Source: Hypanus sabinus (Eukaryota). From it: DNA of 64,000 bases. The notes beneath the pieces were generated by a model. The model was not told where the DNA came from. It saw only the letters and a list, made by a program, of their open reading frames with translations, and ran no database searches. Of this stretch, positions 1-12,164 are shown piece after piece; positions within the stretch are counted from its first letter, which is position 1; the number at the start of each line of letters is the position of its first letter. A program made the position numbers and the translations under genes. The stretch covers positions 17,298,001 to 17,362,000 of the forward strand of contig NC_082706.1 of the NCBI RefSeq assembly GCF_030144855.1, read 5' to 3'.

Positions 1-206
1 TAATGTTCTGAAGTTATAAAATGTAACAGCAAAAAAACCATTAAAATAAAGCATTAAAAATCTAAAATGTACATGAGAACGTAGAACAAGGAACACTCAA
101 GGCAAGTCCATCCTTATCTTGTAAGAAGATGGCGGCAAGAAAAAATGAGACAAAGGGTGACACCCTCCAGATGGCTTATAAAACTATTTCTTTCACTTCT
201 TTTACA

Positions 207-1408
207 TGTAACGCGCTGTAAGGTTTCACTGCTAATGTACTGGCTCTTTTGTAATGTTTCTGCAAAAACGCAGGGCGACTGCAGGGCCCATAGCAGGAGA
301 GGCTGGGCCGGGCCCTGCCCATGAGAGGGATACTGATTCGGGGGATGATGATCTGGATGATGTGGATGGTGCCCTTTGCAAACTGAGGCAGAGACTCCTG
401 GCCCTTCTCCCACTGAGTCAGGTGAAGTGGGGGGAGCTATCTGTGGGCAGCCTGGTTTACAGCAGGACCCTGAAGGTGAGGAAATGGGGCTTGGATGCGG
501 GACAGAGGGCTCTGAGTTGCAGGGGGACAGGAGTGATAGATCAGGGGATGATTCGCCAAGTAGGCCCAAAGTAATCCCAGAAGTGTCTGAGCTTGAAGAG
601 TTTGGTGAGGAGGTACAGAGGTCTCAGAGAATTAGGAGATCACTGGATAGATTGGTCTATGTAGCAGCTGGGGAACAGGGCATGATCTCTACAGTTTTGG
701 GGAGCCATGTCACTGCCTTTTGCACCTGGATTAGGCTTTGTGTTGTGCATGAAGGGTTGGCGGACTACCTCAACATGATGAGGACATGACTAAATTTGGT
801 GGGGGGGAGAGTGTAATGCACTGTAAAGTTTCACTGCTAATGTAGTGGATTTTTGTAATGTTCACTGCTGAAGTAACGGTTTCTCTGTAGCAGCAATGTT
901 TGGGTTATAGCTGGAGATAATAGGACTGTGGATGCATGTTAGCCAATCAGGATTTTGTTACCCTATCTCGTGATTCTGGAAGCTGTTGATTTTGTGGGCT
1001 TTTGCCAGAGGGAGAGATGAAGAGAGAAGACGTGAATGGAGAGATTTGGTAGTCCGCCGGATGGGGTGGACTCAGAGTGAAGGTCCAAAGGGCAGCGACA
1101 ATTGGAGGAGGTCGAAGGGGACTGATTAGCCTATGATGAGAGAGCTCCAACTTTGTGCACAGACTGTTTAACAAGATTTGAGCCCTTTTTCTTTTATATT
1201 TAATTTCTCTACTAACCATATAGTCAATCTGAATCTGAATAAAGCTTAATCATTTAATCACATATTGTGTACTATTTGTTATTTTGGGGTACTGATTTGC
1301 AACAGGGGACACATTGCATAGCATTCACCCAAACAAGATTTCTTAAGTTTGGCCAGTCAAGGGGTTATCACCCCCTATATTAAGTCGCTAGGTGAAGCAA
1401 GTGTTACA
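207..1408 (+). mobile_element. Internally deleted Gypsy-type LTR retrotransposon
   Basis: Ends TGTAAC...GTTACA. TSD TACA at 203-206 and 1409-1412. The first ~55 bp repeat at 812, directly after a polypurine tract (ggtgggggggagag, 798-811). 265-790 resembles the low-complexity 3' end of pol. Confidence 0.85.
812..1408 (+). repeat. 3' LTR (~597 bp) of the element above
   Basis: Starts with TG directly after the PPT, contains AATAAA at ~1238, ends with CA. Confidence 0.85.
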
Positions 1409-1539
1409 TACATTTTTTTTTCTTTCAAATGTGATTCTACTATTGTTGGAGCCTGTGATCTACATTTTGGTGGGGGGGGGGGGGTGTTTGGGTCAATTGA
1501 GCAATATGGCGCTTTGCTATCTCTGAAAGTGTTCTGTGA

Positions 1540-2198
1540 GGTTTCGAGCAAAATGTATGGAGTGAAGGCCAAGAATCCTTGGGACGGGTCACAAGACCAT
1601 GATCGACTCCATTTCTTGCCGATCAAAGTGCCGAAGAAGATTGAAATCATCAAGGTGAATGGGGAAGACAAGCTGGTGTTTAGTGCCATCTATGAGCCTC
1701 TAGCTCGCTGCTGCCAGAGGAAGGTTGCTCTGTGTAATGCTCTGTCTCTCTCTCTCTCCTTCTCGCTTGCTGCTCCCAAAGGTAGGTCCCTGCATTCAAA
1801 TGTTTTCTCTCTCCCTTGATGCTGTTGAAGGATGATCCGGATTTCTTGGTCTTGGGCAAACTTTAATTGAAGCGGTTTGTGGATTGGACTCTGTCGTTCG
1901 CGTTCCGATGTGTTTCTGGTCACTCCTTTTATCGCTGCTAGTTTGGGTGATTTTGAGTAGGGCTGCCTGCAAGGTGAGGTGAACTGAACATGCCCAGACT
2001 TTTTCATTTTTGTGCTTTATATTCTGTTTTTCACTCTTCATTTGTGTGATTTGATTTTTGTTGTCGTGTGAGGAGGGGGGAGCTCATTAATGCTTTTCTT
2101 TGAATGGTTTTTTTGTGGCTGTCTAAGGGGAAGATGAATCTCAGAGTTGTACACTGCATACGTACTTCGATAATAAATGAACTTTGAATCTTTGAATC
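1540..2198 (+). mobile_element. Non-autonomous retroelement with Rex1/Babar-type 3' tail
   Basis: Ends aatctcagagttgta...gataataaatgaactttgaatctttga, the same tail found on Rex1 copies in this window (e.g. 28990-29063). Confidence 0.5.
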
Positions 2199-2221
2199 TT
2201 CATTGAAGTACACTCGAGCAG

Positions 2222-2556
2222 CACGGTGGGCCAGCTGTCCCACAGCTTCAACCCTGACCTTTGGTACTGTCTGTGTGGAGTTTGCATGTTTTTCTTGTGT
2301 TTGTTTGAGTTTCTTCTGAGTGATGCAGTTTCTTTTCACAGTCAAGAAGTGTGCAGATACAGAAAGATGCCCACACTTGTCGACAAGTAGCAGAATCTTG
2401 GTGGGGTCAAAGGGTTAGGGTTGGATTAGTTTACCAGTCTACAAGTAGAAACAAAAGGGCTAGTGTAGGATTAGTTTACTACTAGGGGCTTGAAGATCAG
2501 CACAAACACAGTGGGCCAAAGAGGCTCTTTCCATGCTATTTGTCACTGTGACTTTA
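2222..2556 (+). mobile_element. V-domain SINE (HE1-like)
   Basis: V-domain-like gtctgtgtggagtttgcatgttttt...ttctttt followed by a CR1-type tail. Confidence 0.6.
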
Positions 2557-2584
2557 TGGATAAATCTGTCCCATCATTGAAATT

Positions 2585-3420
2585 TTCCTACAACCAATGA
2601 TCTCACTTTAAGGACTCTCATTATCTCATGTTCTCATTACTTATTGCTATTTATTTATGTTTACATTTGCACAGTTTGTTGTCTTTATGCTCTACTTCAT
2701 CTTTCATTGATCCTGTTATAGTTACTCTAGAGATTTGCTGATTATCCCCACAGCAGAGTGAACCTCAGGGTTGTATATGGTGACATACAGGGTGATTGGT
2801 AAGTTCATGGCCTAAGGTAGATGGAGTCAATTTTAGAAAGCCTAGCACAGTTATTTTTCCTACATTTACACCCTTATTCCAGCGGTCGTGGAGCATAGAG
2901 ATCCCTTATTTGTAGAAGTTGGCGTCTTGGGCCTCCAGAAGTGGTCGACAGCAGGGGGTGATTGATAAGTTCGTGGCCTAGGGTAGAAGGAGATGAGTTA
3001 TTAACTACAAACTTACTGCATTTTCACACAGTTCAATTGCAAGTGCACATAACGAGAACTGTATAACTCAACTCCTTCTACCTTAGGCCATGAACTTGCT
3101 CTAGACCACCTGGAGGTCCAAGACTCTCTCGTTACATGCACGTGCAGTTCTACAGTGATAATGCAGAAAGTTTGAAGTTAATAACTCATCTCCTTCTACC
3201 TTATACCATGAACTTATCAATCATCCCTGCTGTGGACCATTTCTGCAAAGAAAGGATCCATATGCTCCACTTCTGCTGGACTAAGTGTGTTCATGTAGGA
3301 GGGGACTATGTTGCAAAATAAATGTGCTAGGTTTTCTAAAATTGACTCCTTCTACCTTAGGCCACGAACTCATCAATCACCCCTCATATATGTATTTTGA
3401 TAATAAATTTTATTTGCAAT
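2585..3420 (+). mobile_element. Rex1/Babar 3' UTR fragment split by a mariner MITE
   Basis: Tail ggtgacaTA|...|TAtatgtattttgataataaa is continuous across the insert; similar to 28800-29063. Confidence 0.7.
2788..3386. mobile_element. Mariner-derived palindromic MITE, copy 1
   Basis: Long TIRs (gggtgattg.taagttc.tggcctaaggtaga...), TA on both sides, and a mariner transposase C-terminus remnant (WTKCVHVGGDYVAK*). Confidence 0.85.
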
Positions 3421-4027
3421 GTTGAACGTTCAAATTTATGAATAAGAAAAAAATTTTAAAAGCATTTTTCAAATGACAAGGTATAGGTTTCTAGCCTCTT
3501 CTGCATTCCAGCCGGACCAGTGACTGGACTGAGTCCAGGTCTCGGTTATCATTGGCTCATTATGTTTGTTACTGACCTGCTGGTACATTTATTAAACTGC
3601 TTCCCCTTACTGGGGCCACGTCCATTATCCCATTTATAAGCTGGCAAGGATATAGCTGGGTCTGGCCAGATTCTGCGGTAGCAAATTGCACTGTTTCAGC
3701 CCACAGGGTCAGGAGGTAAATGCGCCAATCTGTGTGTTTGCATCTCTCTTCTGCTTCCACACGCAAGTATACCTCTTTGGCTAAAGATCTTTGCTAGTGA
3801 CTGTAAAAGTATTTCCACAAGACATATTAAAGTGCAAGAGGTTTGCAGTTGAGGGGATGAAAGGGGTACTGTTGTCAAAGCTGTCCCCTCTGCAGTGCAG
3901 AACTTCCACTGCACTTCACTGAGAAGCCTCCCAACACTTTGAGTTCTCAACAGGATGAGTCCTCAACCTTCTAATTTAGTAACCTCTGAACTATTGTCTC
4001 TTTGTTCTATTTTCTTTGATGATCTTA

Positions 4028-4220
4028 AACACAAGACAGCTTGCAGATGCTGGAAATCCAGAGTAGCACAGACAAAATGATAGACCAATTCAGCAGATCA
4101 GGCAGCATCTATGGAGCCAACCTATATATGAAGGGTCTCAGCGCGAAACATCAGGGGTTTATTTCTCTCCATAGATGCTGCCTGACTGCTGAGTTCCGCC
4201 AGCAATTTGTATGTTGTTCT
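4028..4220. mobile_element. Penelope-like terminal repeats in inverted arrangement with a degenerate hammerhead-like motif
   Basis: cagcagatcaggcagcatctatggag faces ctccatagatgctgcctgactgctgag; tgaagggtctcagcgcgaaac at ~4129-4149. Confidence 0.7.
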
Positions 4221-4762
4221 GTAATATTCTGCCTGAATGACAAGCAAACAAAAGCTTGATATATATGACCTAGCAGCACAGCACAACTAACACACTGGAC
4301 TGCCACTGGCTGTATTGTAAGCTTCTCAAAGTGCAACCCTACATTGCTGTTGTGAGAGGTGAAAATGGTTAGGGCTTGCCATCAGGGCTCTGATGATGCT
4401 GTGTAGGCCAATCCCCTGTACAGTGGATACAATGGATTACAGAAACATTGAAGAACTCCAACCGTGCTGTCGACTTTGTGTATGATCAAGAGACGGGAGG
4501 TCATCGATGGCCTATGAGCTAATGGCCCAAGAAGCAGAATAGACTGGCCGTATTGTAAGGGACCAATGGGACTTAGTCTTTAAATAGCAACACAGCATGG
4601 ATCTCTGCATGCACATCAGATGAGGAAGCCTGGGTTTGCTGCAGGATTTCTTTATCACAGTACCTCATTGTAATAGCAGATTTGTCATAAGGAGCAGTAC
4701 ATGGTTAATGACAAGTCGCATAACAGCATTTGTGCACAGAGGTATCTGGAGGTCCCTGAATA

Positions 4763-5003
4763 GGAACATAGAAACCCTACAGCACAATACAGGCCCTTTG
4801 GCCCACAAAGTTGTGCCGAACATGTCCCTACCTTAGAAATTACTAGGCTTACCTATAGCCCTCTATTTTTCTAAGCTCCATGTACCTATCCAAAAGTCTC
4901 TTAAAAGACCCTATCGTTTCCGCCTCCACCACTATTGCTGGCAGCCCATTCCACACACTCACCACTCTCTGGGTAAAAAACTTACCCCTGACATCTCCTC
5001 TGT
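4763..5003 (-). mobile_element. CR1 LINE 3' end
   Basis: Reverse of the CR1 ORF2 end and tail; near-identical to 15042-15290. Confidence 0.85.
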
Positions 5004-5074
5004 TGATGTTTACACAAGCTTACACATTTACACAGGTAAAGGAGGCAGGTGACTAGCTTGCCATTATGAGTTGA

Positions 5075-5731
5075 GATATTAAGTTCAAGAATTAATTTGC
5101 ATGAATGCAGAGACAGAAGGTAAAGTTATAAGACCCCAGTTAGGCCCCATCTGCAGTATTGCACTCAGATCTGGTTACTCCATTACAGGAAGGATGTGGA
5201 GGAATTGAAGAGGGTGCAGAAGAGATGTAGCAAGATGCTGCCTGGATTAGAGGGTGTGTTCTATAAGGAAAGGGTGGACAAACTTGGGCTGTTTTCTGAA
5301 TGGCAGAAGCTGAGGGGAGACCTCATAAAAGATCATGAGATACAGAGAGAGTAGACTTCTGGTGTCTCCTTCCCAGGATCAAAATGTCTGATACTAGAGA
5401 GCATGTATTTTGGCCAAGATGGAGGGAATTTCAAAGGAGATGTGTGGGACAATTTTTTTTTAAATTATTTTTTTTACACACAGAGGGCAGTGGACGCATG
5501 AAATACACTGCCAGAGTAGTGTCGGAAGCAGGCATAATTGAGGTGTTAAAGACTTAGATAAGCACTTCAATGTGTGGAGAATGGAAGGACATGGACTGTG
5601 TAGACAGAAGGAATTCCTTTTGTTGAGTGTTTAGTCCTTTAGTTAAGTCTTCAATTACTAGATTAGTTACTTTGGTACACCATCATGGGCTGAAAAGCTC
5701 GAACTATGCTCTACTGTTCTCTGTTCTATGT
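5075..5731 (+). mobile_element. Degenerate CR1 LINE 3' fragment
   Basis: VRPHLQYC...YRKDVEELKRVQKR-like remnants and a tgttctatg tail. Confidence 0.8.
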
Positions 5732-5956
5732 GTAATGTATAGATCCATTTAGTTCAGGACAATGACTCCCCCCCCAGCCCCCCCCCCAAGTTAGCACTAC
5801 ATATTTATCTGTCTACACATGCACATTGTTTTCCCTCTCTCTCCGTCTTGCTGCAATGTGAATACACCAGTTACAATAATCTCTCACGTGTGTGCTTTTA
5901 TTTAATCGATATGTAGTTGTGCACAGACACAACACTATATTCTCAGTCTATCTTTC

Positions 5957-6681
5957 TGATATAGAGTACAAAGTAAATGGCAGGATACTTGGTAGTGTGG
6001 AGGAGCAGAGGGACCTGGGGGTACATGTCCACAAATCCCTGAAAGTTGCCTCACAGGTAGATAGGGTAGTTAAAAATGTTTATGGGGTATTAGCTTTCAT
6101 AAGTCGAGGGATAGAGTTTAAGAGACGTGATGCAATGATGCAGCTCTATAAAACTCTAGTTAGGCCACACTTGGAGTACTGTGTCCAGTTCTGGTTGCCT
6201 CACCATAGGAAGGATGTGGAAGCATTGGAAAGGGTACAGAGGAGATTTACCAGGATGCTGCCTGGTTTAGAGAGTATAGATTATGATCAGAGATTAATGG
6301 AGCTAGGGCTTTACTCTTTGGAGAGAAGGAGGGTGAGAGGAGACATGATAGAGGTGTACAAGATATTAAGAGGAATAGACAGAGTGGACATCCAGCGCCT
6401 CTTCCCCAGGGCACCACTGCTCAGTACAAGAGGACATGGCTTTAAGGTAAGGGGAGGGAAGTTCAAGGGGGATATTAGAGGAAGGTTTTTCACTCAGAGA
6501 GTGGTTGGTGCATGGAATGCACTGCCTGGGTCAGTGGTGGAAGCAGATACACTAGTGAAGTTTAAGAGACTACTAGACAGGAATTTAAGGTGGGGGATTA
6601 TATGGGAGGCAGGGTTTGAAGGTTGGCACAACATTGTGGGCCGAAGGGCCTGTAATGTGCTGTACTATTCTATGTTCTATA
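5957..6681 (+). mobile_element. Relatively young 5'-truncated CR1 (HER1-like), ORF2 C-terminus
   Basis: Open frame QRDLGVHVH...LYKTLVRPHLEYCVQFW...RKDVEALERVQRRFTRMLPG; tail tattctatgttctat. Confidence 0.95.
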
Positions 6682-7185
6682 TACCCCTGACATATTGGGT
6701 GGCATGGAAACAAGGAGGAGGCACATTCTTTCCAAAATTATCTAGCTTTGTTATGATGTTTTTAATATTTTTCAGACTTTTCGGTTTTTAGTGAATGACT
6801 TTAAATAAAAAATCTTCAATTCTATTGCTTTTGAAATGCCTTTGAATTTTATAGAAACTATGGAACCACTCACAGATTGTTAGGAGCTGGTTAAATTGGG
6901 GCAAGCTTTGCAAGGCTGTTTTGAGGGTGGGGCACAGAATTTACAACAGTGAGATTGACTGTTGGGACTAGAGTTGGGAGCCAGCAAGAAATGGTCATTT
7001 CCTTTTCTGCTCCCTTCCATGAGTCTTGAGTGAGACTCAAGGACAGCTACCATCCTACCGTTATTAGGTTCTTGAATAGACCTCTCATATACTAAATGAC
7101 TCTTGAACCATTGATCTTCCAATCTATCTTGTCATGACCCCTGCACATAATTTTTCTACCTGCACTACACTTCAGCTGTCACATT

Positions 7186-7352
7186 ATAAGATGATAAGAA
7201 ATAGGAGTAGGTGTTGGCCATCAGGCTGTCGAGCCTGCTCTGTCATTCAGTAAGATCCAAGCTGATCTGGTTTAGACCGACCTCTCTACTTGCCTTTTCC
7301 CCATAACCCTTAATTTCCCTGCTATGTAAAAATCTATCTGTGTCTTAAATAT
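7186..7352 (-). mobile_element. CR1 3' tail
   Basis: Reverse complement of the tail of the CR1 at 28230-28389. Confidence 0.75.
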
Positions 7353-7384
7353 ACTAACTGGGGTATTCATTCATTATGTATGAC

Positions 7385-7620
7385 TTGGGCAATCTTGTTT
7401 TGACTATGATTTTTCTACAGGAGTAGCTTGCCATTGCCTTTTTCTGGGCAGTGTCGTTACAAGATGGGTGACCCCAGCCATCTTCAGAGATTGTTTGCCA
7501 GGCGTCGGAGATTGCATAATGAGGACTCGAGATATTCATCAGCTGCTCATACAACCTGCTCCCCTAGCTTTGTGTGACCCTGATCGGGGGCTTGGCCCCA
7601 CCTCCTTTTGTAGAGATGTA
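7385..7620 (-). mobile_element. RTE-related SINE (family also at 17245, 26787, 59467)
   Basis: Shared ttgccattgccttcttctgggcagtgtc...gggtgaccccagcca body containing the BovB/RTE-like ggcaatggcaaaccac motif. Confidence 0.65.
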
Positions 7621-7799
7621 TTGCCACCTCCTGACCCATAATGAGGTTTTATATATATATAAATATATGCTATAATAAGACCTTATATTCCTCACCGTTG
7701 TACTCCATCTGCCAGATCCTTGCCCACTAACTATTCCTATCTATACAGTATCACTCTGCAAAATCTCCACAATTTCCTTTTCCACTCAATTTATGAAGA

Positions 7800-8125
7800 T
7801 AAAGGTTAGTTTAATTTGACACATCTACATCAAAGCATTCGAAACGTAACAGTGAGATGCACTATTTGTGACAGTGATCGACGCAGTCTGAGGTGTGTTG
7901 GGGACAGCTGGCAATTGTTGCCATGTTTCTGATGCAAACGTGCCAGAGCCACAACTTACCTAACTGGTACAGCTTTTGGAATGTGAGAAGGAACTGTAAC
8001 ACCCAGGGGAGACCTAACGTGGTCACATGGAGAATCTACAAACTCCTTCCAGGCAGCCGTGGGAACTGAACCCATCTCACATCTAGCACTGTGAAGTGTA
8101 ATGCTAACCAGAACACTACCATGCA
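7800..8125 (-). mobile_element. V-domain SINE
   Basis: Reverse of the V-domain plus a tRNA-like head; similar to 11360-11680. Confidence 0.6.
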
Positions 8126-8840
8126 GTCCCTATTTAACCATATTAAATACCGTCAATTTAGTGTCTAGTGTCACCAGCCAGCTTAGAGTTGGAGACAATG
8201 CAATGTAGCAAAGCAAGGTAGCAGGCCCGTTGCCAAGGCGCGAGGAACACCCAGGGATCGAATGCCTTATGCACTGGGCCGGATCAGAAAGGTCGGCTAT
8301 GGGCCGAATTGAGGCGGCAGGGTCCAGGCCACAGGGTGCATTGTAGCAACTGAACCCAATGTTTGGACGACGATTTAGGCACCAGACAGATTGAAAAGCT
8401 CAGGGTGTTGGGGCCCAAGGCGAGGGATGGGTCAATTCAGCTCGCTGCTATGCGACGTTTACTTGGCTCTGGGCTGAACTAAGGCTCTGTGACAGGACCG
8501 TCTCAGTGGGCTTCAGTTCCGAACACTATTTACTTGCGTTCATTGTCTGCAAGATTTGTTTTTTTTTTGTTCTTTTGGGTTTCTCAAGGTTGTCTAATGT
8601 ATACATACTTTGGTAATAACTGTACTTTGAATTTTGTGATATCCTACACTTAATTGTGGCTTCCAAACCACTGTGGGTCGACCTTTGTGGCACTCTGCTT
8701 GCCACTGGTTGCCAACCGGAGAAACTCTCATTTATCCCAACTCTCTGCCTTCTGTTGGTTAACCAATCCGCCATCCATGCTAATAAATTGCCCCCAACTC
8801 CTTGCATTCTTATCTTATGGACAAGTCTTTCATGCTGCAT

Positions 8841-9310
8841 ATACTTGTCATGGGGTTTGGCAGTTTTTGTGCCTTAGTAACTCAGAGGGCTATGTTGGCT
8901 GGAGTTGGGCCTTATGCTTTGGCCTTTGGTAGGTGTGGTGAACTACATATACCTGTCTGGACACACCCCCTGCTGACTGCTCCTGTGGCTCCTCCCACAG
9001 ACCCCTGTATAAAGGCAATCAAGGCCTGAGCCCGGCCTCTCAGTCTCCAGGATGTAGTATGGTGGTCACTCACTGTTTGTTCCTTCTTCCAGTCAATAAA
9101 AGCCGATATCTCAACTTACGTCTCAGAGTGAGTTATTGATGGTGCATCAGTAGGGTTATCCATCCTAAGCTGGTCAAAGGATTGAGCCCAGGCTAGGAGT
9201 AGTTAACTGGTACTCCAGGTTCAGGATTCAGATTAGGGCTAACCACCCTGACTGGTCAAAAAAAATGTTCCATAAACAGTTATGAAGAATCTTTTTATAT
9301 CAATGTACGA
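8841..9310 (+). mobile_element. RTE-head non-autonomous element interrupted by a solo LTR
   Basis: Homologous to 22476-22810 on both sides of the LTR. Confidence 0.65.
8934..9149 (+). mobile_element. Solo LTR family A (216 bp)
   Basis: TG...CA ends, TSD GTAGG (8929-8933 and 9150-9154), TATAAA and AATAAA inside; second copy at 37721. Confidence 0.9.
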
Positions 9311-9339
9311 TAGTATAGATGGATATAGATGCAGGATGG

Positions 9340-9700
9340 TGATGAATGTTGGTAGTTCGGGTTGAAATGTTAGACATTATGGTGTCCGCCAAGCTTGCAG
9401 ATGTTTCATCACCAGTTGAGGAGACATCCTCTGTGCCCAGTTGTTGGTGTTTTTCTCCGAGAGTGCTCATGTTTATATATAAGGATGCAGTCTATGAGCC
9501 TCTAAAAAACGTGAGCCAGTAGAATTCAAAGGTGAAGGGGTAGTCAAACAGGACCAAGGCAAACAAGTCGGGTGGGGGGGGGGGGGGGTGAGGTGTTACA
9601 TAAGTACAGAGAGGAACACCAACAACTGCGTGCTGAGATGCCACCTTGACTGGTGATGAAAGGTCGGTGAACACCACAACATCATAGAGACGGAGGGCCT
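9340..9700. mobile_element. Second Penelope-like family, inverted terminal repeats with hammerhead-like motifs
   Basis: aacaccaacaactg...ga.gatg.c.cct..actggtgatgaaa occurs on the minus strand (~9397-9455) and the plus strand (~9615-9666). Confidence 0.55.
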
Positions 9701-11359
9701 TCACTGCTGCCCTAAACTCCAACGGTGTAACAGGCAGAAAATAAGGCAAGTTATCAGGCACCTATATTCTGCAATTATGCATGATATTATCGGACTGGTC
9801 AGCTTTTCACTGTATCTCAGTACAATAACAATGCATGAACCAACATGATTCCATTTGGGAGGATCAACCAATATATCTCCCATTCTTACCAGGAAGACTC
9901 TGTCCTGCCCTATTCAAACTGAAGAGGGAGGTTTCTTTCATGACCTTGCTGCATAAGGAGACATTGTAAAACAGAGAAAAGGTAAAATTCACACGAAGTA
10001 TGGATAATTTACTTGCATTACTTCCATCTTGTGCTCCTGTGCTATTGCAATTATTCCCTCAAATCTTCAGCGCATCAGTAAAGCCAATGCTGAAACACAA
10101 TTCAATCTTCCTCCCATTGTTAATGAAACTCTGACCTCGGGTTACAGACAGAATGGAGAGAATGTTCAATAATGTTCAAAATCTTTGGTCCTCTCAATAC
10201 TCACGACTACTTATGAGTTGCAGGAATTAGAAACAAGTTAATACATTCCATGGCACGGAGAGTTTATAACATTCATCCGCAATACTCTTATTCCCAGTTG
10301 TACACTTGAATCATTAAAGGTAATAGTGGTAACTATAATAAACTCATTGTAGTTCTGTAAAAATATACTTAACTCTGCACGTTCTTGCAAATCCCTGCTC
10401 CATTCCATAAAACGTCATCCCTTCTGTAATTTCTTTGCTAGGTCAAAGCTTTCATCGAAACACACAGCAATGAAGTAATCCCTGCAGCCCACCATCTTCA
10501 CGTCACCCAAGACTCCAGCAAATTTCGACATAGAGAGTCTTCTAAGTGGTTGCATCACCGTCTGGTATGGAGGAGCGACTGCACACGATCAGAGAGAACT
10601 GCAAAGGGATGAAAGCTCAGCCAACCCCATCGTTGGCAGTAGCATCCATGATTAAAAATCCCTCATCACCCAGGACATACCTTCTTCTGGGTGCTACTTC
10701 ATCAGGGAAGTGGTACATAGAACATAGAACATAGACCAACACTGCACTGGGACAGGCCATTCAGCCCACAATATTGTGCTAAACCAGCTAAAAAGTGAAT
10801 TAAAAATACCCAAACACTAATCCCTTACTGCTGCCGTTGTTAACAAATTTCACGACATACGCCAGTGATATTAAACCTGATTCTGCTTATGAAACACCCG
10901 CCATGGGAAAGAGGTATTGACCAGATCTCTGAAAATATAAGATAAAACTCTAAGCAGGGGAGACAGACTGAAACTTTTTTTCCCTCCCAGAATAGTAATG
11001 TCAGATATTAGAGAACATGTACTTAAGGTAAGAAGAGAGAAGCTTAAAGGAGAGTGTGGCCTGCCAGTGTTAGTGGAGGCAGTACATATAACATCAATTT
11101 CTCTGACTTCTGGTCATTTCTGCCCCCATTCCCCCTTTTCAATTTTTCATTCCCTATTCTGGCTCCCTTCTCACCCTTGCCCTCCTCCCCTTCCTTTCAT
11201 CTCTCTGGGGCCCCTCCTTCTGTTTTCCCATGTTCCCCTCTCCTCTCCTATCAGGTTCCATCTTATTTATTTACCCCTCCCCCAGCCATCCACCTGTCCC
11301 CTGCCTCACCTAGCCTCATCTATTACCTGCCAGTTTGAGGTAACCTTAAAAAAAAGATT

Positions 11360-11680
11360 TAAAAATTACCTTTACTTGTCTCAAGTGCATCGAAACACCA
11401 AAGCATACAGTGATTTGCATCAACGGCCAACACAGCCCGGGAATGTACAAGGTTCAGACCGCTAGTGTTGTCATGCTTCCAGAGACAATATAGTATGCCC
11501 ACAACCTACCAACCCTAACCCGTAAATGGAACGTGGGAGGAACCCTGAGCATGCAGAGGAAACCCTCGTGGTTATTGGAAGAACGTACGAACTCCTTACC
11601 GGCAACATCAGGAATTGAACCCAAATTTTCCAATCACTGATGCTGTAAAAGATTACCCAAATGACCATGCTACTGTGCCA
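11360..11680 (-). mobile_element. V-domain SINE
   Basis: gtgggaggaaccctgagcatgcagaggaaaccc is the reverse of the V-domain. Confidence 0.65.
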
Positions 11681-11800
11681 CCCCAACGTTGGCTTAGGTT
11701 GTTTTCTGTGGAAGTAGATAAAGATTTAATTAAGGTATACAATATTTCAGGGCACTTGATCTTAGAAGAAGGCTTCAAAACCATAGAACGCAGGTTAACG

Positions 11801-11870
11801 CAGTGGCTTCCGACCTTTTTTTTTATGCCATTAAGCAAGGGGTCTGTGGACCCCAGGTTGGGAACTTCTG
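11801..11870 (-). mobile_element. Tiny hAT-type MITE
   Basis: CAG...CTG TIRs; 8-bp TSD ggttaacg/ggttaaag. Confidence 0.75.
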
Positions 11871-12164
11871 GGTTAAAGTAATTGAGCACTGGTAGGGTGG
11901 CCAATATGGCGTAATGAAGAATGGGTTTTCCACTGAAGGTGTTCAGGTCTGCACCTCACTGGCTGAATAGGGGGTGAATGTGGAAACCCTCACCACATTT
12001 AAACAGTATCTGGATATGTACTTAGTAGCCACCTTACTAGGTACAGTCGAGGAACCTGGTGTGGTCTGCTGTTTTATCAGTATAGCACAGGAGCAAGCTA
12101 TTCAGTCCACAGTATCTGTGCCAACCATAATGCCAAATCAAAAGAAACCAATTATAAAAGAAAA

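Noticed and set aside
114-789. Overlapping 106-151 aa ORFs as genes
   Set aside because: They lie in the GC-rich internal remnant of the LTR element and are low-complexity or antisense frames.
5892-6791. Longest ORF (299 aa) as a host gene
   Set aside because: Its core is the CR1 ORF2 C-terminus; the start and end are read-through into flanking DNA.
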